Made by a program: the position numbers and the translations under genes. From the NCBI GenBank assembly GCA_963840455.1, contig CAWIYV010000011.1:512001-576000 (forward strand): DNA of 64,000 nt, written 5' to 3'. Each line of letters starts with the position of its first letter. Position 1 is the stretch's first letter. Shown here in pieces: positions 1 to 10,962 of the stretch. The notes under the pieces were generated by a model, which was not told where the DNA came from, did not search any database, and saw nothing but the letters and a program-made list of their open reading frames with translations. Source of the DNA: Nitrospirota bacterium (GTDB taxonomy: Bacteria > Nitrospirota > UBA9217).

Positions 1-594
1 GAGGGCAGCCGCGATATTGATGACGAAGGAGAGCGACTGCTTCAAAGCGTTCAGCCGGGTAAGCGAGTCATCCAGCACGAGGCCCAGCACTGCCAGCATC
101 ATCACGCCAAGCCCTGCTCCGAAATAGCCTCCGTAGATCGCGGCGAAGAAGATCAGCGGGATGGCCCAGGCCTCATGGGGATGGGTGCGGTCGCTGCCGC
201 TCATACGCACCATGACCGCGTTCCGCAGCTGGTCCTGGAACGCCAGCAGAATGACCGCGGTCAGGATCAGGTACGGGATGAGCTTCCGGAACGTGGCGTC
301 GCTCGTGGAGAGGAGCAGGACCCCTCCGGTGATGCCGCCGAGGATGCCCGTGGGCAGGAGCATCCACATGCGTTTCTTCTGCCCCTGCAGATCGCGGCGC
401 TGTGAGTACGTGCCGCCCACGTACCCCGGGCAGAGCGCGACCGTGTTCGTCACGTTCGCGATCACAGGCGGTACCCCGACCGCGGTCAGCATGGGAAAGG
501 TGATGAGCGTGCCGCCGCCGGCGATCGCATTCACGAACCCGCCTGCGACCGCAGCAAGACAGACAGCGATGAGATCAATGATGGAGATGGTCAT
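1..594 (-). CDS. TauE/SafE (TSUP) sulfite exporter family membrane protein, runs off window start
   Basis: My translation from ATG at 594: MTISIIDLIAVCLAAVAGGFVNAIAGGGTLITFPML..., the typical TauE N-terminal GxxNAIAGGG motif; hydrophobic; ATGA overlap with the esterase stop. Confidence 0.85.
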   Translation of the reverse strand, partial: MTISIIDLIAVCLAAVAGGFVNAIAGGGTLITFPMLTAVGVPPVIANVTNTVALCPGYVGGTYSQRRDLQGQKKRMWMLLPTGILGGITGGVLLLSTSDATFRKLIPYLILTAVILLAFQDQLRNAVMVRMSGSDRTHPHEAWAIPLIFFAAIYGGYFGAGLGVMMLAVLGLVLDDSLTRLNALKQSLSFVINIAAAL

Positions 595-1349
595 GTTCGG
601 TTCGTCCACGTGTACAGCTTCTCCAGGAAGTACGGGAACTGCTTTCGCCACCAGGGCCAGTCGTGGTTCACGTCATGGCCCCAGAGATCGACCCAGCAGG
701 GAACGCCCTTTGCCTGCAGGATGTCCCGCAGCCGAAGCGTGTCCGCGATCATCGGCTCCTCCCAGGCGCCCTGGCCCACGCAGACAATGATGTCGCTCTT
801 CCGGTATTGTTCGAGGATGCCGGGGTCGTCGAGGTTCGGCAGGAAGTCGAGCGGGGAGTTGTAGTATACTTCCGGGCTGTTGCCCTGGTAATTGCCAAGG
901 AAGAAGCGGAAATTATAGACGCCGCTCAGCGCAATGGTCCCCTTGAACACATCCGGATGCTTCAGGAAGAACAGGACCGCGTGGGAAGCGCCCATGCTGA
1001 CGCCGGTGCACATGATGCGCTCCCTGCTCCCGCTGTGCCTGTGGATGAACGGCACGACCTCCTGCACGATATATTGGTCATAATCGTTGTGCCTGCGGGC
1101 CTTCTCCGACGGCCCCTTTTCCCGGCTGTCCCAGGACTGCGGATCGATGCTGTCGACGCAATAGAGCCGGACCTTCCCCTCTTCCAGGAACCGCTCCGCG
1201 GCATGGACCATCCCGTTGTTCTCGAAATCGAAGAACCGTCCGCTGGACGTGGGGAACACGATGTACGGCTGGCCTGCATGCCCGAATACCAGCAGCTCCA
1301 TGTCCTGTCCCAGGTTCGGGCTGTGCCACCTGTGGTATTCGCGGTCCAT
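591..1349 (-). CDS. Putative esterase (alpha/beta hydrolase)
   Basis: GVSMG nucleophile elbow, DVNHDWPWW catalytic His region. Confidence 0.85.
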   Translation of the reverse strand: MDREYHRWHSPNLGQDMELLVFGHAGQPYIVFPTSSGRFFDFENNGMVHAAERFLEEGKVRLYCVDSIDPQSWDSREKGPSEKARRHNDYDQYIVQEVVPFIHRHSGSRERIMCTGVSMGASHAVLFFLKHPDVFKGTIALSGVYNFRFFLGNYQGNSPEVYYNSPLDFLPNLDDPGILEQYRKSDIIVCVGQGAWEEPMIADTLRLRDILQAKGVPCWVDLWGHDVNHDWPWWRKQFPYFLEKLYTWTNRT

Positions 1350-1351
1350 GA

Positions 1352-2521
1352 TCAGCCCTTCTCTGTCCCATGCACGATATCGATGGCCTTCCGGACATCG
1401 TCCATGCTCGCTGACCTGACAAGGTAGCCGTAATCACCGATGGCCGCGCGGAACACGCCGCTCACCGGCGTGTGGAACACCAGCAAGGTCCCCAGCTCCT
1501 GCACCACCTGCTCATGCGTCCGGACATACCGCTTCCCGTTCTTTCGTCCGATGTAGCAGCAGTGGTACTTCCGGTCGTATGTCGCCCGGAACTCGTTCCG
1601 GACCACCACGTTCGCCCATTCCCGGTAGATATCGATGTCATTGGCATAATTGAACATGTCGGTGGTGTACCCGCCCGGCGGCCGCATGTTCACCTCCAGC
1701 GCCACGATCTTCCCGTCCTTCCGTGTCCTGAAGAACTCGATATGGAAGAACCTTTCGCGCACGTCGAAGGCCGCCACCGCGGCGCGGCCCGCTGCCTCGA
1801 GGTCAGCAGGGAGATCGCGGAAGGAGCAGTAGTAGATATGCTCATCCTCGGTCACCGTCTCCATGATGCCGCTCATGTACTCGTGGCCCGTGCAGAACAC
1901 GATCTTCCCGTCCCGGTCGGCCAGACCATCGAAGCTCATGATCTCGCCGTCGATGAACTCCTCCATGATGAATTCGACATCATGCCTTGATCGGAAGAAC
2001 GCTGTCAGCTCGGCATCGTTCCTGATCTTATAGGTGTGCAAGGCGCCCACGCCCCGGTCCGGCTTGGCAACGACAGGATAGCCGGTGTCCCGGATAAGCG
2101 CTCGTGCGGCATCGATATCATGGACCGCGGCCCCCCGCGCGACTGTGATGCCCGCCTGGCGGAAGCGCTCCTTCATCCTTGACTTCCGCGTTACCGAATC
2201 GACGGTGTCCGTCCTGAGGCCGAACATGTTGAAGTCCGTCCGGATGCGGGCCTCGAGGTCGAGCCAGTGCTCATTGAACGAATCGATCCTGTCCATCTTA
2301 CCGTAACGATGGGTGAAGTAGCCGACCGCCCGCAGGACCTGTTCATAGTCCTCCATGCTGCTCACGCGATAGTACTCGGTCAGCGCGTTCCGCAGTTCCG
2401 GCCGCAGGCTCTCGTACGGGGCATCGCCGATCCCGAGCGCGTTCGCGCCTGCGTGCTTCAAACCGACGCTGAACGGGTAGTAGTTGTCAGGGAAATGCGG
2501 GGAGAAATGGATGACGTTCAT
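1352..2521 (-). CDS. ATP-grasp domain protein (carboxylate-amine ligase-like)
   Basis: YPVVAKPDRGVGA, IMEEFIDG, HIEFF, LEVNMRPPGG ATP-grasp motifs. Confidence 0.85.
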   Translation of the reverse strand: MNVIHFSPHFPDNYYPFSVGLKHAGANALGIGDAPYESLRPELRNALTEYYRVSSMEDYEQVLRAVGYFTHRYGKMDRIDSFNEHWLDLEARIRTDFNMFGLRTDTVDSVTRKSRMKERFRQAGITVARGAAVHDIDAARALIRDTGYPVVAKPDRGVGALHTYKIRNDAELTAFFRSRHDVEFIMEEFIDGEIMSFDGLADRDGKIVFCTGHEYMSGIMETVTEDEHIYYCSFRDLPADLEAAGRAAVAAFDVRERFFHIEFFRTRKDGKIVALEVNMRPPGGYTTDMFNYANDIDIYREWANVVVRNEFRATYDRKYHCCYIGRKNGKRYVRTHEQVVQELGTLLVFHTPVSGVFRAAIGDYGYLVRSASMDDVRKAIDIVHGTEKG

Positions 2522-2587
2522 GGGACCTCAAACGAGAACCGGAGCACGGGTCAGCGCCTGTGCTCCGGATGAAATTGGGACGGACCG

Positions 2588-4138
2588 TTACTCCCACTCG
2601 ATCGTGCTCGGCGGCTTGGACGAGATGTCGAAGACCACGCGGTTCACGCCCTTGACCTCGTTGATGATCCGGTTCGACATGATGCCCAGGAGCTCGTAGG
2701 GGACCTTCGCCCAGTCAGCCGTCATGCCGTCCTGGCTCGTGACCGCGCGGATGGCAACCACGTTCTCATAGGTCCGCTCGTCGCCCATGACGCCCACGGT
2801 CTTGATGGGGAGCAGCACGGCGAAGGACTGCCAGATGTCCTTGTACAGCCCCGCCTTCTTGATCTCCTCGATCACGATGGCGTCGGCCTCGCGCAATATC
2901 CTGAGCCGCAGCTCAGTCACCTCGCCCAGGATGCGGATGGCGAGTCCCGGGCCGGGGAAGGGCTGGCGGTCGATGATGTCGTCGGGCATCTTCATCTCCC
3001 TGCCGATGGCCCGGACCTCGTCCTTGAACAGCTCGCGCAGGGGCTCGACCAGTTTCAGCTTCATCTTCTCGGGCAGGCCGCCCACGTTGTGGTGCGACTT
3101 GATGATGGCCGACGGGCCCTTGAATGAGACGCTCTCGATCACGTCCGGGTAGAGCGTGCCCTGAACCAGGAACTCGGCGCCGCCCACGTTGTGCGCCTCC
3201 TGCTCGAAGACCTCGATGAACGTGCCGCCGATGATCTTCCGCTTCTTCTCCGGGTCCTCGACGCCCTTGAGCCGGTCGAGGAATTTAGCGGAAGCGTCGA
3301 CGTACTTGAGGTTCAGCCCCATGTCCTTGAACGAGTGCTGCACCTTTTCCGCCTCGTCCTTCCGGAGCACGCCGTTGTTCACGAAGATGCAGGTAAGCTG
3401 CTTGCCGATGGCCTTGTGCACGAGCACCGCGGCGACCGAGGAGTCGACCCCTCCGGAAAGCCCGCAGACTGCCTGCTTGCTGCCCACGGCCTTGCGGATC
3501 TCTCCCACGGAGTAATCGACGAAGGAGGCCATGGTCCAGGAGGGTTTGCAGCCGCATAAGGTGTACACGAAGTTCCTGAGGATCTGCACGCCCTGCGGCG
3601 TGTGCACCACCTCGGGATGGAACTGGACGCCGTAGAACTTCCGCTGCTCGTCGGCCATGGCAGCGGTCGGCGAGTTGCCGGTGTGCGCGATGGCATGGAA
3701 CCCCTGGGGCATCTTCTCGATGCGATCGCCGTGGCTCATCCAGACCGTTGCCTTGCCCCCTTCGCCGATCCCGGCAAAGAGGCCTTCGTTCTTATGGATG
3801 TTCAGGTCGGCCCTGCCGTACTCGCGCTTGGTGGATTTCGCCACCTGTCCGCCGAGCACATGCGTCAGGAGCTGCATGCCGTAGCAGATGCCGAGCACCG
3901 GGACACCGAGGTCCAGGTGCGCCTTGTCGATGAGCGGTGCGCCGGTATCGTAGACGCTGGACGGACCGCCCGAGAGGATCAGCCCCTTGGGCCGGAAGGC
4001 CTTGACCTTCTCCAGCCCGGCGTTATAGGGGAAGATCTCGCAGTAGACCTTGGCCTCGCGCACACGTCGGGCAATGAGCTGGGTGTACTGGGACCCGAAA
4101 TCGAGGATAAGGATTCGTTCGCTATGGATGTCGGACAC
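2588..4138 (-). CDS. guaA: GMP synthase (glutamine-hydrolysing)
   Basis: [52 protein letters not shown]. Confidence 0.98.
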   Translation of the reverse strand: MSDIHSERILILDFGSQYTQLIARRVREAKVYCEIFPYNAGLEKVKAFRPKGLILSGGPSSVYDTGAPLIDKAHLDLGVPVLGICYGMQLLTHVLGGQVAKSTKREYGRADLNIHKNEGLFAGIGEGGKATVWMSHGDRIEKMPQGFHAIAHTGNSPTAAMADEQRKFYGVQFHPEVVHTPQGVQILRNFVYTLCGCKPSWTMASFVDYSVGEIRKAVGSKQAVCGLSGGVDSSVAAVLVHKAIGKQLTCIFVNNGVLRKDEAEKVQHSFKDMGLNLKYVDASAKFLDRLKGVEDPEKKRKIIGGTFIEVFEQEAHNVGGAEFLVQGTLYPDVIESVSFKGPSAIIKSHHNVGGLPEKMKLKLVEPLRELFKDEVRAIGREMKMPDDIIDRQPFPGPGLAIRILGEVTELRLRILREADAIVIEEIKKAGLYKDIWQSFAVLLPIKTVGVMGDERTYENVVAIRAVTSQDGMTADWAKVPYELLGIMSNRIINEVKGVNRVVFDISSKPPSTIEWE

Positions 4139-4414
4139 AAATGACTCCTTTTACTGCTTTAAGATCGAAGACGAACAATGCGGCAATGATAAAGATCCGT
4201 CACCGCGAAGTCGCAAAGAACGCGAAGAATACCAGGCAAATAGGATTCTTCGGTTTGGTACCCCTGGCGTCCTTCGCACCTTAGCAGTTCCAAAATCCTG
4301 ACCTTGCCTGACAGGCTTGATGAATAGTTCAAGCATCTTACCAACGAAGCCCCGGCATGTCAATCCGTGTTTCGGGTCTTGACATCGGCCTCCCCCGCCG
4401 TCTATTATGCCCCC

Positions 4415-5179
4415 ATGAGCCATCCGGCCTATGAACAACTGCAGGACATCGCCCACCGGGTCGCGAAGACCCTTCCGGTGCCTGCCTTCTACGGCCGCCA
4501 CGCGAAGACGATCCGCTTTGCCGGCGAGCACCTCGCTGCAAGCGAACTGCTCTCCGAGTGCCGCGCCTACCTTGACGAGTCCAAGCTCGAATGCGCCCAT
4601 GGGCTTTGCCACTGCGAGGCTGTTGCCCGCGACGCGGGCGCGCTCGTCCTGATCGAGGCCCCGGGCCGGGGCATCGGCGAGGACGACGCTGCCGGCCTGT
4701 TCCTTGCCGCCGAGCTTGCAGGCCTACTGCACGATATCAAGCGGAAGGAAAAGGATCACGCGCGGCTCGGCAGCATCGAGGCGGACCGCATCCTGAAGGA
4801 CCTGGGGCTGGAGAAGGACTACCGGAAGTACATTGTTGACGCCATCAGGAACCACGAGGCGTTCAAGGGGACGACAAAGGCGGATGACGAGGAGGGACAG
4901 TTGGTGAGCGACGCACTCTACGACGCGGACAAGTTCCGCTGGGGGCCCGAGAACTTCACCACGACCCTCTGGACCATCGTGAAAGATTACGACATGCCGC
5001 CCGAGAGCCTGCACAAGGTGTTCAAGGAAAAGATGAAGGGCATCGAGAAGATCAAGGATACCTTCCGGACCAGAACGGGTCTCCAGTTCGGCCCGGAGAT
5101 CATCGACCAGGGCATCACCATCGGCAACGCTATATATAAGGAAATGAACCTGATGCTGGAGAACGGCTCCTTGTCGTGA
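4415..5179 (+). CDS. HD-domain metal-dependent phosphohydrolase
   Basis: AHGLCH...LLHDI...HA...NHE...YDADK HD motifs; ATG at 4415 preferred over 4367. Confidence 0.8.
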   Translation: MSHPAYEQLQDIAHRVAKTLPVPAFYGRHAKTIRFAGEHLAASELLSECRAYLDESKLECAHGLCHCEAVARDAGALVLIEAPGRGIGEDDAAGLFLAAELAGLLHDIKRKEKDHARLGSIEADRILKDLGLEKDYRKYIVDAIRNHEAFKGTTKADDEEGQLVSDALYDADKFRWGPENFTTTLWTIVKDYDMPPESLHKVFKEKMKGIEKIKDTFRTRTGLQFGPEIIDQGITIGNAIYKEMNLMLENGSLS

Positions 5180-5233
5180 ACATCGTCGCATAACGCAGCG
5201 CTCTCTCTGACCCGACAATACTGCACCATAAAC

Positions 5234-5262
5234 AAAGGCAGGCCACGATGGCCTGCCTTTTT
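5234..5262. terminator. Bidirectional intrinsic terminator between convergent genes
   Basis: AAAGGCAGGCCA-cga-TGGCCTGCCTTTTT hairpin. Confidence 0.7.
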
Positions 5263-5330
5263 CCGTCCCGATCATGAACCCAGGAACGCGTGTATTTCCT
5301 GCAGCCTGATGCCAGGACCTGCGGCCTACC

Positions 5331-6242
5331 CTAATCGATATCGCCGATCTGGCCTTTCGGCTTGTTCCCGTACACCTTCCGCATGGTCGCGCCTGCCTGT
5401 TCCTTGCGCTTCTCCAGCGCGCCTTCCTTGAACGGGAGCGTATCCTCGGCAAAGATCGCCTGCCGGAGCCATTCGTAGGAGAGCTTCAGGAGCTCGGTGT
5501 CGTCGGTCCGAACCTTCTCGATCCGTTCCGCAGGGATGTCGTAGAGCTCGAGGAAGGTGCTGTTGAACACGAAGGCGCGGAAGTAATCGGTGTCAAAGCT
5601 CATCTTGAAGAACATCTCGTTCTTGATCTCCGGGAACTCCTTCCCCTGACCATGGGACTTCTTCTTGATCAGGATCTCCATCCAGCCGCGGTTCATCTCG
5701 TCATAGAGATCAGCGCCCTGGTCAGCCCGCCACTCACCGATGGTCCACTGCTTGTCCTCCTCGAACCCCTTGCAGTGGTCCTCCTTGGTCATGAAGTAGA
5801 ATTCATCCTTTCCGCCCTCGGCGTCCACCTTCCTGAGCGTGGCCATGCCGACGGGGTAGTAGCGGCAAATGTTCGGCCGGTCCTCATAAACCGTGCAGCC
5901 CTGGGGCGTCACGAAAGGACAGCTCTTCTTCTCGTCGTCCCGCATCTTGAGCGTCACGACCGGGAACAGGGTCTTGTCAAGGATCTGGATGTCGCCGTAC
6001 TTGCGTATGAACTCGTGGGCTGCAAGGCCGAGCCGCTTCCGGAGCCGCAGCAGATCGTACGGCGGCAGCGCGATGTTCACGTTGCTGCAGCACGCCGTGA
6101 AGCACCGCACCTTCGGATGACAGCGGAACTTGAACCGGCTGTCCTTGGTCAGCTTGACCGGCACGACCTTGTCGCTCTTGCCCTTGCTGACCGCAAAATC
6201 GAAATCTTCCGCTTCCACATCATCAATTTTCTTCTTGCTCAT
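5331..6242 (-). CDS. YkgJ-family cysteine-cluster (Zn/Fe-chelating) protein
   Basis: FRCHPKVRCFTACC ... CPFVTPQGCTVYEDRPNICRYYP. Confidence 0.85.
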   Translation of the reverse strand: MSKKKIDDVEAEDFDFAVSKGKSDKVVPVKLTKDSRFKFRCHPKVRCFTACCSNVNIALPPYDLLRLRKRLGLAAHEFIRKYGDIQILDKTLFPVVTLKMRDDEKKSCPFVTPQGCTVYEDRPNICRYYPVGMATLRKVDAEGGKDEFYFMTKEDHCKGFEEDKQWTIGEWRADQGADLYDEMNRGWMEILIKKKSHGQGKEFPEIKNEMFFKMSFDTDYFRAFVFNSTFLELYDIPAERIEKVRTDDTELLKLSYEWLRQAIFAEDTLPFKEGALEKRKEQAGATMRKVYGNKPKGQIGDID

Positions 6243-6302
6243 CGTCCCGTTTCCTTTCGCTTCTTGTCCCTGTCTATTCCGTATTCGCCACTCCGTACTT
6301 TA

Positions 6303-6800
6303 TCACTGCATCCATCCCTGGATCTCCTCATGCTGCCGGAGCAGGAGTTCGATTCCCTCGTGTCCCGGCCCGAGGACCTGCCGGAACCGTTCCATCGCCT
6401 CTTCGAAGGACATGGCGGCTGCACCCTTCGTCAGATTGTCCGCGTACGATACGATCTTCTCCTCGGGCGAGAGCGGCAAGTAGTCCTTCTTCGGCAGACC
6501 CAGGCGCTCGGCCTCAGCTGCCGTGATCCCTGCCCCGATATGGCGCTCGATGATGGCAAGTAGTGCCTCGGGAAAGCCGAGCTCCCGGCCGATCTTTGCG
6601 CCCTCAAGGGCATGATGGATATCGTGGGACCGCGCCCTCCCGATGTCATGGAAGAGCCCGCCTAACCGTACCAGTTCGCGATCAACGCTGATCTGCTTGA
6701 CCTGCTCCGCGAAGGCAACCGCTGTTTGCGATACGGCCCTGCAGTGCGCGACCACGCCCGGGGAGCACCCGGCCTCTATCAAGATCTTCTCATCCTGCAT
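6303..6800 (-). CDS. HDIG/HD-domain protein (TIGR00295-like)
   Basis: AHCRAV, FHDIGR, HH, ERHIGAG, EEKIVSYADNL. Confidence 0.8.
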   Translation of the reverse strand: MQDEKILIEAGCSPGVVAHCRAVSQTAVAFAEQVKQISVDRELVRLGGLFHDIGRARSHDIHHALEGAKIGRELGFPEALLAIIERHIGAGITAAEAERLGLPKKDYLPLSPEEKIVSYADNLTKGAAAMSFEEAMERFRQVLGPGHEGIELLLRQHEEIQGWMQ

Positions 6801-6949
6801 TGAAGAGGCATATTACCACATCACTTGTCAAAAACAAAAAACAAAAGACGCCTTGCCGCAGAGGGCACCGAGTTCTCCAAGAACTGCTTTCGCCCGCAGG
6901 GATCGGTCAGGGAGCTTAACCAGTTCTTGAGGAGCTCTGTGCTCACTAT

Positions 6950-6980
6950 AAAAAAGGGGCTGGCCTGTTGGCCAGCCCCT
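6950..6980 (-). terminator. Intrinsic terminator after hppA
   Basis: AGGGGCTGGCC-tgtt-GGCCAGCCCCT hairpin with A-run (U-tract on minus strand). Confidence 0.8.
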
Positions 6981-7005
6981 CGTTGATACTGCCGGATGAC
7001 GCTGC

Positions 7006-9084
7006 TTACTTGATCAACGGTACGATCAGGAGCGCAACGATGTTGATGACCTTGATCATCGGGTTGATGGCCGGTCCTGCGGTGTCCTTGTAAGGGTCGC
7101 CGACCGTGTCGCCGGTGACCGAGGCCTTGTGCCCGTCGCTGCCCTTCTTGTGCACGACACCCTTGCTGTCGGTGACGCCGTCCTCAAAGGACTTCTTGGC
7201 ATTGTCCCATGCGCCGCCGCCCGAGGTCATGGCAATGGCCTGGAACAGGCCGGTCACGATGGCGCCGATGAGCACGCCGCCCAAGGCTTCTTTGCCCAGA
7301 ATGAGGCCCACCAGAACCGGCACGACCACCGGGAGGAGCGCCGGGAGCATCATCTCATGGATGGCGCTCTTGGTCACGATGTCAACGCACTTGCCGTACT
7401 CCGGTTTGCCGGTGCCTTCCATGATGCCTTTGATCTCGCGGAACTGTCTGCGAACTTCCTCCACCACACCGCCTGCGGCCTTTGCCACGGACTCCATAAG
7501 GAGCGCGCCGAAGTAGTAGGGGAGCAGGCCGCCGATGAACAGGCCGCAAAGAACCATGGGGTTCGAAAGGTCGAACAGGATCGTCGTTCCGAAGGAGCGT
7601 GAATATTCCGAGAACAGCACCAAAGCGGCAAGAGCCGCGGAGCCGATGGCATAGCCCTTGGTCACGGCCTTGGTGGTGTTGCCGACCGCATCGAGGGGGT
7701 CCGTGATATCGCGGATCTCTTTCGGGAGGTGGGCCATTTCAGCGACGCCGCCCGCATTGTCCGTGATCGGGCCGTACGAGTCGATCGCCACGACGATGCC
7801 GGTCATGGAGAGCATGGATACCGCTGCCAGCGCGATGGCAAAGATGCCGCCCGAGGCAGCGTTCGCCTGGCCGGAGAATCCGCCGCCAAGCCAGTATGCG
7901 CCGAGGATCGAGGCAACGATCACGAGCACCGGCGCTGAGGTGGACTTCATGCTGACCGCGAGTCCGGCGATCACGTTCGTGCCGTGGCCGGTCAGGCTCG
8001 CCTGCGCAATGTGCTGCACCGGGGGATACTCTTTCGCGGTGAAGTACTCGGTGATCCATACGATCAGCCCGGTGAGGGCAAGGCCGATGAGGGAAATGAA
8101 GAACACGGTGTTCGCCGTAAACACTCCGGCTTTGTCGCCAAGTCCGGCGATAAAGCTCTTGGCCACGAAGTAGAACGCAATTGCCGCGATAACACCTGCA
8201 ACGGCGAGACCCTTATACAGGGCGCCCATGATGTAGTTGTTCTTGCCGAGCTTCACGGCATAGGTGCCGATGATGGAAGCAATGATCGAAACACCGCCCA
8301 GCATGAGCGGGAACTCGATCCACGGGCTGTCCGCGCCGAACACGGTCTTGGCGAGCAGCATGGCGGCCACGAGGGTCACCGTGTAGGTCTCATAGAGGTC
8401 GGCAGCCATACCGGCGCAGTCGCCCACGTTGTCGCCCACGTTGTCGGCGATCACCGCCGGGTTGCGCGGATCGTCTTCGGGGATGTTCTTCTCGACCTTG
8501 CCCACGAGGTCGGCGCCCACGTCAGCTGCCTTGGTGTAGATGCCGCCCGCGATACGGGCGAACACGCTCATGAGCGAGCAGCCGAAGCCGAGCCCGATGA
8601 GCGCAGTGGAAACCTGCTCGGCCGGAGCCATGGACTTCGCGATGAAGTAGAAACCTGCGAGGCCGATGATGCCGAGGCCCACGACCATGATGCCCGTCAC
8701 CGAGCCGCCCTTGAACGCGAGGCTGAGCGCGGCCTGAAGGCCTTTGCTCGCTGCCGCTGCGGTACGCACGTTGGCGCGGAGCGAAACCCACATGCCGATG
8801 AAGCCGGCAAGAGCGGAACCGACCGTACCGATGATGAATCCGGCGGCTGCCCACTTACCGAGGGCGGGAACGAAGATCAGGATAGCCAACAGGACCACTG
8901 CGACGATCGCGACTGTCTTGTACTCGCGCGCCAGGAACGCATTAGCGCCTTCCTTCACTGCATTGGAAATGTCGATCATTTTCTGATTGCCTGAATCCTG
9001 CTTGTTCACCCAAATAGCGGTCATGATGCCGTAGATGACTCCGGCGATGCCGCATACGAGGGCAAAAAGAATCGTGTTACTCAT
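7006..9084 (-). CDS. hppA: Membrane-bound H+-translocating pyrophosphatase, K+-independent type
   Basis: [20 protein letters not shown]; GNTTKA carries Lys at the K+-dependence determinant. Confidence 0.95.
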   Translation of the reverse strand: MSNTILFALVCGIAGVIYGIMTAIWVNKQDSGNQKMIDISNAVKEGANAFLAREYKTVAIVAVVLLAILIFVPALGKWAAAGFIIGTVGSALAGFIGMWVSLRANVRTAAAASKGLQAALSLAFKGGSVTGIMVVGLGIIGLAGFYFIAKSMAPAEQVSTALIGLGFGCSLMSVFARIAGGIYTKAADVGADLVGKVEKNIPEDDPRNPAVIADNVGDNVGDCAGMAADLYETYTVTLVAAMLLAKTVFGADSPWIEFPLMLGGVSIIASIIGTYAVKLGKNNYIMGALYKGLAVAGVIAAIAFYFVAKSFIAGLGDKAGVFTANTVFFISLIGLALTGLIVWITEYFTAKEYPPVQHIAQASLTGHGTNVIAGLAVSMKSTSAPVLVIVASILGAYWLGGGFSGQANAASGGIFAIALAAVSMLSMTGIVVAIDSYGPITDNAGGVAEMAHLPKEIRDITDPLDAVGNTTKAVTKGYAIGSAALAALVLFSEYSRSFGTTILFDLSNPMVLCGLFIGGLLPYYFGALLMESVAKAAGGVVEEVRRQFREIKGIMEGTGKPEYGKCVDIVTKSAIHEMMLPALLPVVVPVLVGLILGKEALGGVLIGAIVTGLFQAIAMTSGGGAWDNAKKSFEDGVTDSKGVVHKKGSDGHKASVTGDTVGDPYKDTAGPAINPMIKVINIVALLIVPLIK

Positions 9085-9271
9085 TGATAATCTCCTCCTT
9101 TTGCATCGGTTTTTTTAAGCTGAGAACAATACCTATTTCACATGAATGCCTGACAACGTATCATAATGATCACTGGTGAATCGGTAACGCTTGAAACCCT
9201 CTTTCCTTTTCCCGGCATCCCTCCCTGCTCATGGCATCGTCCGGACAGCGCCCGGTGTATGTGTATGTTCC

Positions 9272-9703
9272 CTATGCGTCGAAACCGCCGATAAAGTCCT
9301 TCAGGTACTGGTTCTCTGCCTTGAGGTTCTTGACCAGCACCCGCACCACGTCGCGCATGGAGAGCATGCCGACGAGGCCGTGCTCGTCCACGACCGGCAG
9401 GTGCCGGATGTTGTTCTGGATCATGACGGCCATGACGTAATCGAGGTCATCGCCGGACTTGGAGACGATGAGGTTCGTGGTCATGACGTCCTTGGTCCTG
9501 ATCTCCTTGCAGCTCTTGCCGTTCGCGACGGAACGCACGATGTCGCGCTCTGTGATGATCCCGGTGAGCGTCCCCTTATCCATCACGAGGAGCGCGCCGA
9601 TGCGGCACTCCGCCATCTGCTTCGATGCGTCGAGGAGCGACTGGTCGCTCATGATGCTGAAACATTCGATGCCCTTGATGCCTAGCAGTTCTTTTACTTT
9701 CAT
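9272..9703 (-). CDS. CBS-domain pair protein
   Basis: IGALLV..GIITERDIV, IRHLPVVD..VGMLSMRDVV. Confidence 0.9.
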   Translation of the reverse strand: MKVKELLGIKGIECFSIMSDQSLLDASKQMAECRIGALLVMDKGTLTGIITERDIVRSVANGKSCKEIRTKDVMTTNLIVSKSGDDLDYVMAVMIQNNIRHLPVVDEHGLVGMLSMRDVVRVLVKNLKAENQYLKDFIGGFDA

Positions 9704-9737
9704 GGTACACCTCTATTAATGAACGACCATTACGGTT

Positions 9738-10904
9738 TTACTTCGTGGTCTCCCTGCCGCTATACCGTGCGAATACCATTGCCGTGGTACGGTAGAAGAG
9801 ATGCGCGAACTTGGAGTACGGAGCGTAGGCGAAGAGCGACCAGACGAAGACAAGGTGGATGTAGTAGACGAAGTACCCGATCTCCATGTCGGCGATCCGC
9901 AGACCCCACGACGCCATGCCCGTGGCGCCCACGCCGATGACGACCAGAAGGAAGATCCAGTCGAAATAGGAGCCCATGCCGGCCTTCGCCGCCTTGCCCA
10001 GCCGGTTCAGCAGGATGATGGTGATGCCCAGTGCAAAGGCCACGGAACTCGCCAGGGCGAGCATCTTCACGGGATCGGTCATGGGATAGGGAGACTCGCC
10101 GAAGTGGAACGGGCCGAACGCCGGGATGTGGAAGAACTCATGTCCGTAGAGATATACGATCGCCCAGGTGGTCACGACTGCGAGGCCCGCGAAGCTGTAG
10201 AACAGGAGGAGGTGGCCCCACTGCCGGAGCCGGTTCACGTTGCAGTCGGCGAATTTCTTGTGCGCCAGGATCGTGGTGACCGCCGGGACAATATGGCCGA
10301 AGGGGCTGCCCGATCCAGCGGCATCGCCGGTATTGGCTTTCATGCCGGACCAGAGCCGCGTGATCCCCACGAAAGCGGACACGGCTGCGAAGAGCGCCGT
10401 CAGAATGAATGTTACGTCAATATGAGGGAACACGGGCATGAACAGATGATATGCCATGGCCCCTTCCGCATTGCGAGGCACCCCGCTAAAGCTCTTGTAG
10501 GGCATGATAAGATAGAACAGCACCGCCGGGATCGCAAAGAGGAGCCAGACGAGCTTCGGGTCCGTGGCGATCTTGGCGAAGAACGGGATGAGCGCCACTT
10601 CCTTGATGCTCTGCTTGCGGATGGCGTTCAGCACCTCGCCCGGCTTGGCGCCGCGCGGGCAATAGGCCGTGCAGTCGCTGCACTGGTGGCAGAGCCACAC
10701 ATCGGCGCTCGCGATGAGCTTGTCCTTCTGGCCCCACTGGGCGAGCACCATCTCCTTGCGCGGGAACGGATTTCCGTCGGGCGTCACGTTGCACACCACC
10801 GAGCAGGTGGCGCACTGGTAGCACTTCTTCAGGGACTCGCCGCCGCCCTTGATGATCTCGTTCACAAAGTCCAGATCAGGCTTGATGATCGTTGCTTCTG
10901 ACAT
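9738..10904 (-). CDS. qmoC: Quinone-interacting membrane-bound oxidoreductase subunit C
   Basis: N-terminal CYQCATCSVVC / CHQCSDCTAYCP ferredoxin motifs, C-terminal TM region ending YAPYSKFAH; position after qmoAB. Confidence 0.93.
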   Translation of the reverse strand: MSEATIIKPDLDFVNEIIKGGGESLKKCYQCATCSVVCNVTPDGNPFPRKEMVLAQWGQKDKLIASADVWLCHQCSDCTAYCPRGAKPGEVLNAIRKQSIKEVALIPFFAKIATDPKLVWLLFAIPAVLFYLIMPYKSFSGVPRNAEGAMAYHLFMPVFPHIDVTFILTALFAAVSAFVGITRLWSGMKANTGDAAGSGSPFGHIVPAVTTILAHKKFADCNVNRLRQWGHLLLFYSFAGLAVVTTWAIVYLYGHEFFHIPAFGPFHFGESPYPMTDPVKMLALASSVAFALGITIILLNRLGKAAKAGMGSYFDWIFLLVVIGVGATGMASWGLRIADMEIGYFVYYIHLVFVWSLFAYAPYSKFAHLFYRTTAMVFARYSGRETTK

Positions 10905-10962
10905 TTCTTCGTCCTCCGAATTGCTGTGTTGGGAGTATCGTGCCGTTCACTCCGAACCAAGA

